From the human T2T-CHM13v2.0 reference genome, Homo sapiens: 64,000 nucleotides of DNA. The notes under the pieces were generated by a model. That model was not told the origin of the DNA. It ran no database searches and was given only the letters and a program-made list of their open reading frames with translations. Location of the stretch: the NCBI RefSeq assembly GCF_009914755.1, contig NC_060933.1, one strand, 5' to 3'. Below, piece by piece: positions 46,921 to 62,962 of the stretch (position 1 is the first letter of the stretch; the number at the start of each line of letters is the position of its first letter). A program made the position numbers and the translations under genes.

Positions 46921-47488
46921 ACCCAGATCAAAAAATCCAGATATACATGTATTGACAACGGAAAAACACACACGACTCAATACTGATGTTGTGTGCACTC
47001 TTCTGTATTTTTTTGAAATTTTTATTATCGAAAAAGAAAAAAATATCAGTCTCAGTCCACTGCTGAAGTCTTCCTTTGTTTCAGAACCCTCCTCTGATGA
47101 AAATGAACTTAGATGTACATCCTAGAAAGGCAATATGGCATGCCTTGGGATTACGAATTAACTTTAGCCAAGAAAACAAGGAATTTTAAATATCTCATAT
47201 TCATCTGCTATTTTTACATGGCCGTCATGGGTATAAAATGAATAAAGAACTGCAAAGATAAAGGGAGGAGAAGAAAATGTGGCTAGGAAGTATCTGCAAG
47301 ATATTAAAAGAGAAAAGAAATTATAGAAAGGGATTTTGAAAGTTGATATAGTTACCAGAGACTCCATGGTGATTCAACTCCCAAGAGTCCTGGAGAGAAG
47401 GGAGAAAGCAGTAAACCAATCTTAGAAAAAGAGGTGGCTGACTCATCAAATTGGCCATGAAAAGTCCATAGATTCCTTTAGACTATTA

Positions 47489-48025
<537 letters not shown>

Positions 48026-48334
48026 CTATTGGGCTGGAGACCATTATCAAAGCAAATCTGTTGTTTATTGTCTTTTTAAAAATTTTTCATAGGTGCTGTA
48101 GAATGGATAAAGTTCAAGAAAGGCAAAAGCTTCAAAATATAAGAAAATAATTTTAATAACAGCATCATCTCTTTTTTAGAGTTTCAGAATGAGAAAATCA
48201 ACATGAAGAAAAACAGTGTTGAGAAGAATTTTAGAGGTTGTCTAGTACATTCCTAGCTTTATTTTAGCAAAAGTGCTTTAAAGAAATTCACATGTTAAAA
48301 ATACATTCTATTTTGAACACAGCCAGATAAGGAG

Positions 48335-48574
48335 ATTTCTGTACCTCTTTTAGTATCCCATTTCAATGACTGTCACTCTGAAGTGACTCTGAGGTTTTCC
48401 TTAAATACCTCCTAAATCTGGTCACATTGTTTGTTTGTTTTATTCTTTGTTTTATTCTTTATTTCTGTACCTCTTTTAGTATCCCATTTCAATGACTGTC
48501 ACTCTGAAGTGACTCTGAGGTTTTCCTTAAATACCTCCTAAATCTGGTCACATTGTTTTTTTGTTTTATTCTTT
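48335..48574. repeat. Tandem duplication, 2 x 114 bp with a 12-bp spacer
   Basis: 48335-48448 and 48461-48574 are identical except for one base. Confidence 0.95.
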
Positions 48575-49189
48575 AAAAAGATGGAAGGTTAGTAGTATTC
48601 ATTCTCTACATAATGACAATTCCTCTTATAACTTCAAAACTTTCAAAAACCATTTATGAGACATTTTCACATACATTATCTATTTAACCCTTGAAATAAT
48701 CCCATTACTATTTGTCACAGATGGAGAAATTCAAGGCTTAGAGAGTTAAAACAATTGAAGCTGGCGGGGGTGGGGGTGGTGTGGAAATGGGATAATCCCA
48801 AGCTTATTATATTCAATCCTTAGAGTCAAATTCAGCTAGCTACTTCGTATATAACTAAGTCACTAACCCCTTTACTTCTTTCCACTCCAGAATAAGAAAT
48901 TTTATTTTAACAAAGACTTAGCAAACAGTAAAATCAGAGGGCTTGCTTCTATGGAGAATCCATGTGTCACTTTATTTTTCACGCTGTGTATTTTTGCAGT
49001 GAAGATGTGTAATTTGTAACACCATCATTCCCCTTCTTCCACCAACTGTACCCAGATTTCCCTCAGGGGCTGTCAATCATATTGTTGAGCCTTCCCCTGT
49101 CTAAAGACTTAGCACAGAATCCAGGCTGCTCCAAATCGGCACTTTTTCCCAGAAATCTGAATCTTAGGTGGGTGACAGAAGATTGGAAA

Positions 49190-49368
49190 TGGCCAGAGTT
49201 CATCCATTTCACAGATGAGTTCTCTGAGCCTGCCCTAGTTTCTAAGAGGCCATCCTTCAGCTTCTACTCCCTTCTCCCAGTGAGTCCATTTTCAGATAAA
49301 TTCATTTTCTGCTTAAGTTAGCCAGTGTTGGTTTCTGTTGCTTGCAAGCAGAGAACCTTGACTGATAG
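49190..49368 (+). mobile_element. Old MLT1-type LTR 3' fragment
   Basis: ataaattc..ttttctgcttaagttagcca..gttggtttctgttgcttgcaa..aga.ccttgactgata. Confidence 0.6.
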
Positions 49369-50469
49369 AGCTCTTCAGAGGGGTAGATAAGAATATGTAT
49401 TTATTAATTCTGCCTCTATTATGTATTTATTATCTAGGTGGGAAATACTAAAATGAAATCAGCCTTTTGGCATTTTGTAAACTAAGAAAATTCACTCATG
49501 TTGCACAAAGTAGTAATGTTTTATTCCTTGATCAAGGGCAACAATAAGTTGGCAAGTTTTCCAGAATCCTGGCTACATTTTTCAGGAAAATGAAAAATGG
49601 CTTCTGGGACCTTGGATTATTCAGGAAGTACAGAAAATTCAGAAAGTGTCAAATGTGTTTAACGAGGTACTTTCCTGTGACAAGTTCTTTCTCAGAATTG
49701 CTTAGAGAGGACAAAAGGCACTGTAGCAATACATCCTCTCATAACCCCTCCATGCTAGGCGAAAGGGAAACACAGGTGTCAGGCCTCAAAACGCCTGGCT
49801 AGTTTGTCAGAGACAGCTGCAGCCAAGGTGCTAAATAAGCCCTGGTTATCAGGACTTTCAAGTCTAAAAGGAAAAACTGGTTTACAAAAAAAAAAAGGTG
49901 CAACTGTCCACTCAACATTGGCCCAAGGTGAGGCGGAGTTCTCTTAGACAACTGTCTTAAAATTCACTACATGAAGAAGCATTGTATCAGATTCTTTTCT
50001 CTTCCCAGGACTGGCAAAGAGAGCAATGGCCTATCAATACTTTGAAATTGCCACAATACCACCCTTATTTCACAGTTCATAGAGATTATAAGCCAACTAT
50101 CAAAGGATACTATGATCCGCTATCTGGAGTAATTCACTCAATAAACAAAAGCTTCTACAACATGTCTGGCATGTTACGGAGGAGATAAAGAATTATAAAG
50201 GAAGAAGCTTGCTTACTGTAAGATAATTTTCAATCTGAGAAAATAAGGCAAACAAATATGAAATAACTAGTAACAGGCAACGCAGGAAGAACCCCAACTG
50301 CCAAGTTCAGACAGTAAAAAATCAAGGATTCCAAACCCTGAGATCCACTCCCTCAGCTGTAACTCAAAGACAGTTCCTTGGCCACATAAACACAGGCACT
50401 TTATATCCTTTCCTTTTTAATTAAGAGCTGATTTCAACACCAAAGCAAAGATCCATCAGAAAAGCACAT

Positions 50470-50666
50470 CGGTATAAAGAGGGCGGAAGGAGGGTGGGGG
50501 GGAAGAAGGTAAGAAAAAATAACTACTGGGTACTAGGCTTAGTACCTGAGTGACAAAATAATCTGTACACCAAACCCCCGTGACACGAGTTTACCTATAA
50601 ACAAACCTGCACATGTGCCCCTGAACCTAAAGTAAAAGTTTTAAAATAATAAACTTAAAAAAAAAA
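50470..50666 (+). mobile_element. L1PA13-16-like 3' end
   Basis: gggtactaggcttagtacctg.gtgacaaaataatctgtaca..aaacccccgtgacacgagtttacc..acctgcacatgt.cccctgaacctaaa. Confidence 0.85.
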
Positions 50667-51985
50667 GGAAGCCATAAAATAACAGGGATAAAAATTCTTT
50701 CTTTTGTAAACTAAGAAATGACACAGTTATCTCACAGTCAAATGCCCTTGCACCTAGTAGAGCCTTAAATATGGCTTTTGATTTGACCGAGTGACAAATA
50801 CTTAATCCCTTTTTATCACTAGTTATCAATATTTGTGTTCAGGGAAAATGCAAAATAATATTTAGGAATAAACAAACCCTAGTTCACAGACTATTCAGAA
50901 GTCCTAAGACGTATGTCTTCTCTCACCTGGGCTGAGTCCAAGCAGCTCACCTATAAACAGTGCTTGTTTGGCAAAAAGTACAAGAACAGGACAACAGATA
51001 CACACTCGGGGAAGAATTCATCTTTCTTTTGGTAAAATGTGCAATTACAAGCTCCTTACTAATTATGCAATCTGTTGACAAAGGGCATGCAATGTCACAC
51101 CATTTGGTCCAGAGACTGTGAACTGGACTCCCCCTGACCACAGCACCCTCCGGCCAGCTAACCAGGCAGGACTCTCGGTTCAAGCAATAACAAGTAAGCA
51201 GGAGCAACAGAAACCTCAGTTACTCTGGGGTGGCATTCCAAAAGCCAGAATCAATTTCACAGCAAACAAAACTGAACACTTTCCCAGTTCAGAAGAGCTC
51301 ATATAATGTACAGGCCATGTTTTGCTTTATAAAATACAGGAGCTCAAAAGCAAGTACAAAGTTATGCTGGACAATATTAGAAAGTATCTTTATTTATGCT
51401 ACTATAGATTATGGCCAATGTGATGGTGGGTGCAGAGAAGCTTTACTAAAAACCAAATGGTTATGTTTTTAAGCCAAATTTCCAAAATAGTTATTTATTT
51501 TATATCTTTAGTGTCACAATAATATAAATCAGAATGTGATACCTCCATGTAACTGTTAATCAAATATACACCAAATTCTTTAGACTATTTATAAATTATA
51601 AAGTATATACCTTTGTAACCATAGAAAACTCTAACCAAAACATAAAATATTATTATTAAAATAATAAACACAAGAAAATAAAATCCAAATTTAGCCTGCA
51701 TGTGAAATCTTTCATGAAACATCCTAAACCATTTTCTAGTCCTCCTCTATAAGAATTCCACTCAAGCTAAATTGGCAGATTTCTACATCCCATGCAAATT
51801 CCTTCTTCTGATCATTTATTATAGCCATTCCTTCTCCCCAATGTGCCCCTCCCTCAGATCTGCCCTTCTCCCTTTCTGGATTGTAAATTTCTGCCCAGCC
51901 CTGATTAAACTTTTCTGTATCCCTGACAGTATATAGCATTTATTCCCTTATGCATACAGATTTCAAGAGTTATTTGTTGATTTGA

Positions 51986-52450
<465 letters not shown>

Positions 52451-52981
52451 TGACTTTCAAGGAGCTCAGAATCTAGTGAGGAAAATAAGATCAACATCCA
52501 AGTCACCATAATCAATACAAGCTAGGCAATTACAAACACTTCGCTATGGATATGCTAAAGAACAGTAGGATTACTTAGCACTATGAGGGGCTGGGAAGCT
52601 ATCAGAGAACTCTCGGAAGAAGAGGCAGCTGAGCTGAACAGGAAGGAGTAGACATGATGTCCTTAACAAGCATAAACAAAGGCAACAAGTGGGCAGAGTT
52701 CAGAAAGTTAATGGATGAAGCAAGGTGAAAATGACGCTTTAGAACATGTATATGATATAGAGAAAAAGAAACAAACGTGAAAGTCATTTGTAATATGAAT
52801 GAAAGGTGGTTAAACATGGGAAACTGGGAGGTCATCACACTAAAGTCATGATATGTAGGAGGATTTATGAGGATAATTATGGTATCTGAGGAAAACTCAT
52901 ATATTGTAACGTTTTATGATGTCAATTTATAACTGAATAGTATTCAACACAGTAATGTCTACTTAATTAGAATTGACATGA

Positions 52982-53319
<338 letters not shown>

Positions 53320-55204
53320 TTACATGAATAAGGCATAAATTCCACCCCATCTTTAACATCTACATGACTGTATAATAAATGATCTTCATATGGGCAAGGT
53401 CCTGTCTTAAAACAGGGCAAGGTCCTGAAGGATTCTTCTGGAACATCTAAGAAATAAGATTTTGGGGGATAAAATTCAGGGAGATTATATTTTAGTGTGT
53501 AAACTGGCAGTGTGGTGTGTATATATAAAAAACAAATAGCACACACATGGTAAGTCAGGCAGAATTCATCAGATCATCATATTATTAACTGACCGTAAAC
53601 TGGAAAACTCGCTGGTATTAAAAAAATAAACAACAAACAAACTCAACACAATTACAACTACAAGGAAACAAGCATGCTAACGATTTCAGAAACCACTGAG
53701 ATTTCTTGGGGCAGGGAGAACCCTGATCCTTTCAAATTCAGACTACTTAGATATATCCATGCAGCTTACTCTGGCTCAATTACCATGTTCCTGGGCTCAC
53801 AAACTTGCACAGTTCTTTTTCACCCTTGAAAATAAAAGCAGGAGGAATTATTTGTGGAGGGTCTTTTTGTTATTTGTGGAAAGATTCCTGTTGCCACCGG
53901 AAAACCAGGTATGAAAGTATCAATTAGGTAAGAAACCAGTGTTAATTTCAAGGAACCATCTAAGAAAAACAAATGCCTGATTTTAAGATGATTTGGTATT
54001 TTATTATAGAAGCCTTGGGATGGTAACAGAGGCAAAGGTATACAGAATTGCCTTATTTTAGCAGTGGGTTCACTTTGTGAGTTAAATCTATGAGTCCCAC
54101 TGGACATCGCAACTTCTTGCTATTGCTTACTGATCTTGGAAAATGGAAATATCCTTCACAGTAGATTTATCAAAAGTACTGAGAGAATGAAAATTTCTTA
54201 TTGAAGGCTCTAAAATAATTATAGGTATAAATGCAGTGTTTTATCAACAAAAGGCAAGGCTCACTTATAGGATCAGCATATCTAAAATCCCTGAGGAGCA
54301 AAGACTGCATCCATGGGGGATGTATTGATTAACGGGAAGGCAACGAAGTCTTTTGAAGACAACAAAGACATTTCTAACAAATTCCAAATAGATATCCCTT
54401 CCCTTGGGCTGGTAGCCTCAGCACAGACAGTCACACCCTGGGTGCAGGTCCAGTTCCTGCCTACAAGCTTTATGTAGGACAACTGCAGCATAAATTCAAA
54501 CATGGGACAACACTCAGGTATACCAATCTTGTTTGGTATTACATCTCTTTAATATTTAGAGGATGAGCAATCACAGCATTTATTTTCACTCAGGGGAGAA
54601 GTGGGATGGTATTCTACTTCAACCAAGAAATAATGCTAGAGGATACTGGAAGTGTGCTTATTTTGTAAAAAGCTAAAATAATTTTAGGGTTTATTCCCCC
54701 AATCCTTTTTCAAGTGGTTTTAGAAGTTTCTGTTACTTTAACACAGTTGCAGGGAAATGCGTTGGAAAGGTTATTGGAAGTGACAGATGGACCTATTTTG
54801 AAATCAAATGAAGCCTGTGGTACTACTGAAAGAAAATCACAAAATTCAAAATTAAACCAGACAGAATAGTTTTAGGTTGTTTTCACTCTTTTTTCAATGT
54901 ATTAAAAAGCAAGGCCACCACCTCTTTGAAATCCCCTATTTTGGCCAATTTATGATACTTACAAACTCTCTCCTTAACATAATGTGCTTCTCCAAATTTT
55001 AAACCTGAAAATATTTATTGCTGAACATCCAAATATGCCTTTCATTGATATCACTAAAAATACAAATCTGGTTTTTTATAGGTATAACTTTAGAGGTTTA
55101 AGAAAAAGACATTTATCAATAACTTATTATCTATTAAAAGTCTCATTTATGATGGGATGGAAAATGTATATTTCCAAACCCCCCTATGCACTCCAGACAT
55201 GTCA

Positions 55205-55489
<285 letters not shown>

Positions 55490-55955
55490 TCATCAGACCA
55501 CAGTGCCATCTCAGTCTCTCAGATAACTAAACCAAATACCATGCCTTGGATTTAACATCCCCAGATAGCCTGCTGAGAGGAGCGACTCTAGAATTGGAAA
55601 CACTACCTATGGTGAACATTTAGCAAAATTAGAGGGAGAGAGTCTATTTCAAAGGCAGATGACCTCAAACAACAACAATGAAAAACCCAAACCCGTCACC
55701 TCCTTGGAAACCACTCAGCACTGAATTTTGATAGTGATTTGTAACCATGTATCTTGCAAGAAACAATGGCAACAGCATCTTTTGAACATGATAAAACTTG
55801 ATAAAGCTCTGTTCCCTGGAGAATATCTGAAACGCTTCCAGGACACTGGGTTGATTAGCCAGGATTTGGATCTGGAAATGACAGTGTACTTACACAAACG
55901 GTATTCAGACAGAGATAAGAAAAAAAGGTCTGAAAATTTCTAGACACGCTCCCTA

Positions 55956-56249
55956 TTTTATTTTTTTTAGACACAGCGTCTTGCTCTGTAATGCAGGCTG
56001 GAACGCAGTGGTGTGATCATAGCTCACTACAGCCCTGAACTCCTGAGATAAAGAAATCCCATCTGAGTCTCTTGATCCTCCCACCTCAGCCTCCCCATAG
56101 CTGGAACTACAGGCATGCACTACGATGCCCAGCTAATTTTTTTTTTTTTTTAAATTTCTGTAGAGACAGGTTCTCACTAGATTGACTGGGCTGGCTGTGA
56201 ACTCCTAGCCTCAAGGGGTGCACCAGCCTTGCCTTCCAACACCCAGCCC
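55956..56249 (-). mobile_element. AluJ SINE with an internal insertion and deletion
   Basis: Diverged Alu reverse complement ~0.5 kb from the exon acceptor. Confidence 0.8.
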
Positions 56250-56880
56250 ATTTTCTCCAATTTTAAAATGTGGCATAAGAACACAGTATCCTGATAGGAC
56301 AAGAAGAATCATTTTTCTAGATAACACATATCCCCTGAATTTATTTCTGGTGGGAGGTTGGTTGACTGAGTTATTCCAAGGAATCACGTAATTCAGGAAA
56401 GCAACGGTGGTTCTTCCCTCTCCCGATTCTTGACTAGTAACATTATATAGAAATTTATTGTGATTAGCTTTTTTTCCTTCTGTGCTATCTCCTTTTTCAC
56501 ATCTTCAATATTACTTTTCCGTTACCATAAGCCTGAAGGTAACCCCTAACAGAGCTATATATGTCCCTGGGAAGAAGACAAGACAGAAAAATGGGATCAC
56601 TTCACAAAATGACAGCATATTTCTCCTACAATGAATTCAAATCTAAAAGCTTCATTTTTCTAAATATGAGTGGTTATTTTCATGTGTCCTTTCTCAGGGC
56701 CTGTTTCTCACTCCCTCTCAAATTTCCTTGAGATCTCCAAAACAATAACTGTCTTTACCTTACCCCAAAAATGTGAAGAAAATAAAAGTGCCAATTTGGA
56801 TATTAAAGACGGAATAATAGAATGAAACACAGAATGTCCCTATCATCAGGGTCCTTAATGCCATTTGCTCACTACAAAGC

Positions 56881-56980
56881 TGAGAAAAAGAAAGAAAGAA
56901 AGGGAAGGAAAAGAAGAGAGAGGGAAAGGAAGGAAAGAAGGAAGAGAGGGAGGGAAGGAAGGAGGGAGAAAAAAAATAAA
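56881..56980 (+). repeat. GA-rich low-complexity polypurine tract
   Basis: About 95 nt almost entirely A/G (gaaa/ggaa units). Confidence 0.9.
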
Positions 56981-57914
56981 AGCTAGTAATACGCCATCTG
57001 TCCTAAATTCATTTTGTTTTTCTGATGGTTGGATTTCATTACTATCTTTATAAACAATCACAAAATTTCAATTAAGTATTACAGTTTTCATAGAAGCCTC
57101 TTAAATGACTGCAGATGTCTTGGTAAATACATAGCCCTCACACAGTTACAATGAAAGGTATTTCTAGCCACAGAGTCCTGCAGTGGCTGATTCCTTTATA
57201 ATAATTTTCCTATTACTTTTAGTAAAGTGATCTGGAACTCCTAGAAATATAAATTAACAGCTGTAATGTGAATGCTATCACCCCAGTTTAACAGGATTAA
57301 TCCAAAAAGTTTAAAATGAGTATTTTATAATCCCAACCATGAATACTGGATAAAAGCATAAAGTGGTTGAAAACTACCATCTCTCTAGTAGAAATAAAGC
57401 TACAAAATTTTTTCTCATTATCAACCAACGATTTATAGAAACTAGTATTTTTACTCTCCCAAGCAATTAAAAGTATACAAGACAAAAAAAATCCCGATTG
57501 TTTCTTTATTATCACGATCCCAGAGCCAAAGGTTTGCTCTGAAGGCCCAAGTGTAAACAATCATTAATTCACAATAAAAAAAGAAGAAATCCTAATTTGT
57601 GAGGTTAATATCAGGCAACAGGACCTTTTTTCTCCTGGTCACCTGAGAAATTTTTATATACTTATCACTACCCTACGCCCCCACCAAAAAAGAGAAAGTA
57701 TATGAAGTATAAGCACACTGGCATGTGTTTAAATGAAATCACGTTGGGCAAGAGCAGTCAACATTTGGCACTTCTTTGGATCTAGTCACCAAGCCCCTGG
57801 GCACTGTCCACACACTGGATATCACACTAATGTAGACTCCAAGTAGGGGCCAAACATGTGACTGATGAATGAATTAGGATAAATTAAGAGGAAAGAAAAA
57901 ACAATAAAAGTATC

Positions 57915-58353
57915 AACTCTAAGATATTTTCCTGTTGGCCAGAAACACACCCAGGGATCCTTTCTCAACCATCTCATCTTGCTGGGTACCCCCAGGAGGC
58001 TGACCAATAGGGATTTCAACAGCTTTGTTATATTCTGTCTTCTGCTTGGGCTTAGCCAAGAGGAAACCAGAGAGCGGGACAAACAGGAAGGGGCATTTAT
58101 TCTCCTAGCTTCCTCGCTGCAGTGGCAGCACAGGTGTGCTATGTTGCCTTCAAAAGGTCCCAGCTCCTGCTGGGTGGCCCTCTCCATACTGCTGCTCTCT
58201 CTGGGTCCCAACAACTGCTCCCTTGCCTTGTCCAGCTATTGCTTGGCCCCAGGTTACTGCACCAGCTCTTACAAGTTACTTACACCTGGTCCACTCCTCA
58301 ATCCCCACACTGGAGTGTGCTGTTCGTTTCCTTCTGGAGCTCTGACTAGCACA
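57915..58353 (+). mobile_element. LTR33-like solo LTR (ERVL)
   Basis: ggaggctgacc, gggcatttattctcctagcttcctcgctgcag, aaggtcccagctcctg, ggccctctccatac and gagtgtgc..gtttcct..ctgactagcaca follow the LTR33 consensus order as I recall it. Confidence 0.75.
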
Positions 58354-58902
58354 AATACCAATCAAATGAAGGACAAGGAATACAAGGGAATGGAGGGCAT
58401 CCTCTCTTTCTCCTCTGTCCTGTTCTCTATAAATCTTTTATTTATAAAGTGTTTTCTATTCAGTAACTCATTCTCATGACACACTTCTGGAAGCCAATCA
58501 TGATAAAGAAACAGGTCTGGGCATGATTTTCACAATTATCCTAAATCCATGATAATTCACTTCTATTGCCCACAATTTAAAAATATCTCATCTGGGCTTT
58601 GACTACACCCAGTTTTTCTCCCTTTAAGCTAATTTTGAATTTCTGAATGTTATTTCAATTAAAGGGACCCATTTTGAATCTTGCTGCCATCTTCCAATTG
58701 ACCAGCCCTAAATTCCAGGTAAATTTCACTCAAGAACTTAATGTTCACATTTTCATTTTATTATACAAATGTTGTGAATTCAAAGTGAAGGCAAAGTTTC
58801 ACGTAAGAAAAATCTGTATGATGCAAATATTGTAGGCAGAATAATAAAAGTAGGAAATTAAGGTATTATTTGGCACTAGAACAGAATTCAGCCAAAAAAC
58901 CA

Positions 58903-59220
58903 GAGTCATACATTGGTATCCACAAGGGATTGGTTCCAGGATTTCCCTCTTTGGACACCAAAACCCAAGGATGCTCAAGTACCTGATATAAAATGGTATA
59001 ATATTTGCATATAACCTATACACATCCCCCAAATACTTTAAAACATCTCTAAATTATAATACCTAATACAATGTAAATGCTATGTAAATAGTTGTCATAC
59101 TGTATTGTCATTTGTATTATTTTTACTGTTGTATTGTTTTTATGGCTTTTAAAAAATATTTTCTATCCAATGTTGGTTGAATCCATGGATATGGAACCCG
59201 CGAATAGGGAAGGCCAAATG
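58903..59220. mobile_element. MER2 (TcMar-Tigger) DNA transposon relic
   Basis: ggtatcc..gggattggttccagga..ggatgctcaagt.cctgatataaaatgg..atttgcatataaccta..ttggttgaatcc.tggat.tggaaccc. Confidence 0.85.
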
Positions 59221-61723
59221 CATATGGACTAAAACATCAACAAAGAAAAAAACTCAGCTTCTTTGTTCCATACAGTTCTATGACAGAGACAAATGAATTA
59301 TTTCTAACAAATGTGTAAGCCAAATTTCATGTGTCATTCTCCTATTTTTATAGAATTATACCATACTCTCTGAGTTTGAAATGGCCATTTTAACAATCTA
59401 GTCCTGATTAGTATGAAAAATTTTGGTATAATAAAAAAACAGCTGTTCCCAAATTACATAAAATTATGTTGTTTCCTAAGGCCACATGAAAATGAAAACT
59501 GTAAGAGACTTCACAATTCTCTATCTCTGAATGAAAAAAAGCAGACTTTTCTACTAGTAGATTATTTCAAGAATGCAGTGATGACTAATGTCTTTTCACA
59601 GCATAGGGCAATGAAAAGCACAAATAACTCTGACCAATCTAAAGAAATATGACTCTGCTTCCAAGACCACTGGTACTATAAAATCTGGTGACAAGCCCTT
59701 ACATAAAATATCTAGGGGAGGGATAAGGATCTCATTTTTGCTAATTTAAATATATCTCCAATCAAGTCATTTAATAACTTTAACAAGCAAATGAACACAC
59801 ACAAGGGTGTGAGTCCCAGAAAAAACCCTGCTCTTTCAATGGCCTATATAAATATGACTTGAAAATATCCCCATAAAAGTTATTTGTACCTTCAGGCAAG
59901 TACTCTGCCTTTTCTTATCTCAGCTCATCTAAATACCCAGAAATGAGATTACCCAGAAATGAGACTATTTAAGAACCATGCTATGAGAAGGCCACTTCAT
60001 CCAGTGTGCGTAATTGGCTATAAGGAATACTAATTTTTCTTCCCTATTCGCTAGATCAGGATAAAGCACAGAGAGCAATCTCCAGTTCATTCACATCTCC
60101 TTCCATCAGAACAAACATCAAACACAAACTCAATATACTATGATACAGTGCATCAATTTGTAAGCTGTTAGAATACATCACATTAGACACACACTCTCAC
60201 ACAATCTGATGCTTCCATTTTAGGCCTTTTCTTCCCCCCAAGATCTTTTCAACACAACAGGATTCCCACATACAAGTTCTGCCAAAAATCTGTATTTACT
60301 CTATGTGTCTGATTCACATAAGCCATATATATGTTTACAATGATTATTTTGCCTATTTGCATGATATAGTCTGCAAATAGTAAAATGACCATTTTAAATC
60401 CAATCATATGTACCTTCTTAATGGTAATAAATTAGCATTTATTGTTGAAAGCAATCGTGGACTCATTGGTTCCTTCTCTCACTTAAACTGGCTTCTTGGG
60501 CTATTATGTTATCAAAAGAGCTGCCAAGGCCAAACCACATATACAGAAGCATTGCTCAATGCTTAAAAAATGTCAGTTATTACTGCCACTGCTCCGAAGG
60601 ATGGTGGTGCCCATTTCCATACAAGGGCTCTGGAAAACAATCACTGAATACTACCAGGAACTTCAAGGGTCTACATGGTTTATCATCTTTACTCTGAAGA
60701 AAAAAAAGGGGGTGGGGGCAGAAAACACACCTTACCAGGGCCTCTCACAGACTGAGGGAAGCCCATACCACTTCTACTTTTTTTTTTCAAGGGTCTCTGT
60801 TATGCCAAAACAGTTACCAAAACTGTGGCATTTAAAGTTACACAATGAATATATTTATTTCACACTGCCAGGGCCTTTCATGACTGTATCTGGAGATATT
60901 GTCAAACTATCAGAAGTCTAATCTGAAGATCTTAATGAATGGGAAGGCTCAGGACGAATGCCCCCACCCCACTCTCTTAATTGGTCAGCACCCAGATAAA
61001 CAACAGCCAAGAACAAAACCCAAGACTCATGGAGCTGAATTATAGAGTAACTGTACTTCAGGTCCACTGGTTTAAGCTAGGAGTTTGAAACATGAAATCT
61101 CAGCACCACCTCATCTGAACTTGGGCTACTTTCACATACACTTGGATGAAGTAGAACTAGAAATTTTAAGGAGAAATTTTCTACCAATAAGCACATCATC
61201 AATCCACACCTGCAAAGAAAAAAGTATTCAATAACACTGAGTCAAAACTCAATCCATGTGTTGTCCACATTCCAGGCTATATCTACTTTAAAATATGTGT
61301 ATTCTGTTTTCTGCACATTTTCCTCTACTTAGATTAAAATCCTGCATTTGAAACACAGCAGCTCTAAGACCAAAGTTGCCATAACTTCCCGTCTTTTCAT
61401 GACTGTCTGTTGAGGGCAAGAGTTGAATACAATTAACCATTTGTCCCCAGCATGGTCGTGCAGAAGATCCCAGACAATTTTTAAAATTTAACACAGAACA
61501 GAACTGAATTTAGTATAACCAACTACAAGTGGAAACTGGACATGTAATTTAGTGGTAACCAGGACTATTAATAATAACTAATCCAGTTAAGTTGTTTTAA
61601 AGGAAAAGACAGGCAAAACACATTGAAAATTCATTCACTGAAAGTATTAGAAGGTCATGTCAGTCCTGGACTTCTCAGTGTGGTAAAATCCTCCCAGAAG
61701 AGTCACTTGATCATACAAGGTTA

Positions 61724-62207
<484 letters not shown>

Positions 62208-62654
62208 CTAGCATCAGTATAATTTGGAGAACAGGAAGTTTATGTGAATTTTCATGCTAAAACTTGTTCAGCAAGTTACTTTGAGCCAATCTGCTCAACT
62301 TATTCCTATTCTTTCCCCTAAGAGTACATGTTCACTCTCTCTGCCTCTGGATGTATTTTGGAGAAAAGGTGTGAGAAGCCCTGAACCCATTGATTTCATT
62401 AAGGAGGGAACCAACTCATTCAAAGATTCTGCTGGTTGACAGCTAATGAGGGAGAAGGTAAGACTGGAACCTACCAAGGTCTCTTATCTGTCCAGAGCTC
62501 CTGATCTTGTGTCCTCATACACTAAACATTTTTTCTATTAATAAAACTTACAAATATTTGTTATAGAAAATTATTTTAAAACTTGAACATTTTGATATAT
62601 TTCTTTCCAGTCTTTTTTTTCTAGGTAAATGTACTTTTTCCTGTTCTTGTTCTA

Positions 62655-62962
<308 letters not shown>

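Noticed and set aside
57822-58214. Minus-strand ORF containing CCHCSEEARRIN...KLLKSLLVSLLG, reminiscent of the G-alpha-q N-terminus (CCLSEEAKEARRIN...KLLLLG) and 2.5 kb upstream of the exon, suggesting an alternative first exon
   Set aside because: The segment is the reverse complement of an LTR33-like LTR whose consensus already gives a similar string. The intervening DEIERQLRRDKRD helix is absent, spacing differs, and no good donor follows. It is most likely coincidence; spliced reads to 55467 would reopen it.
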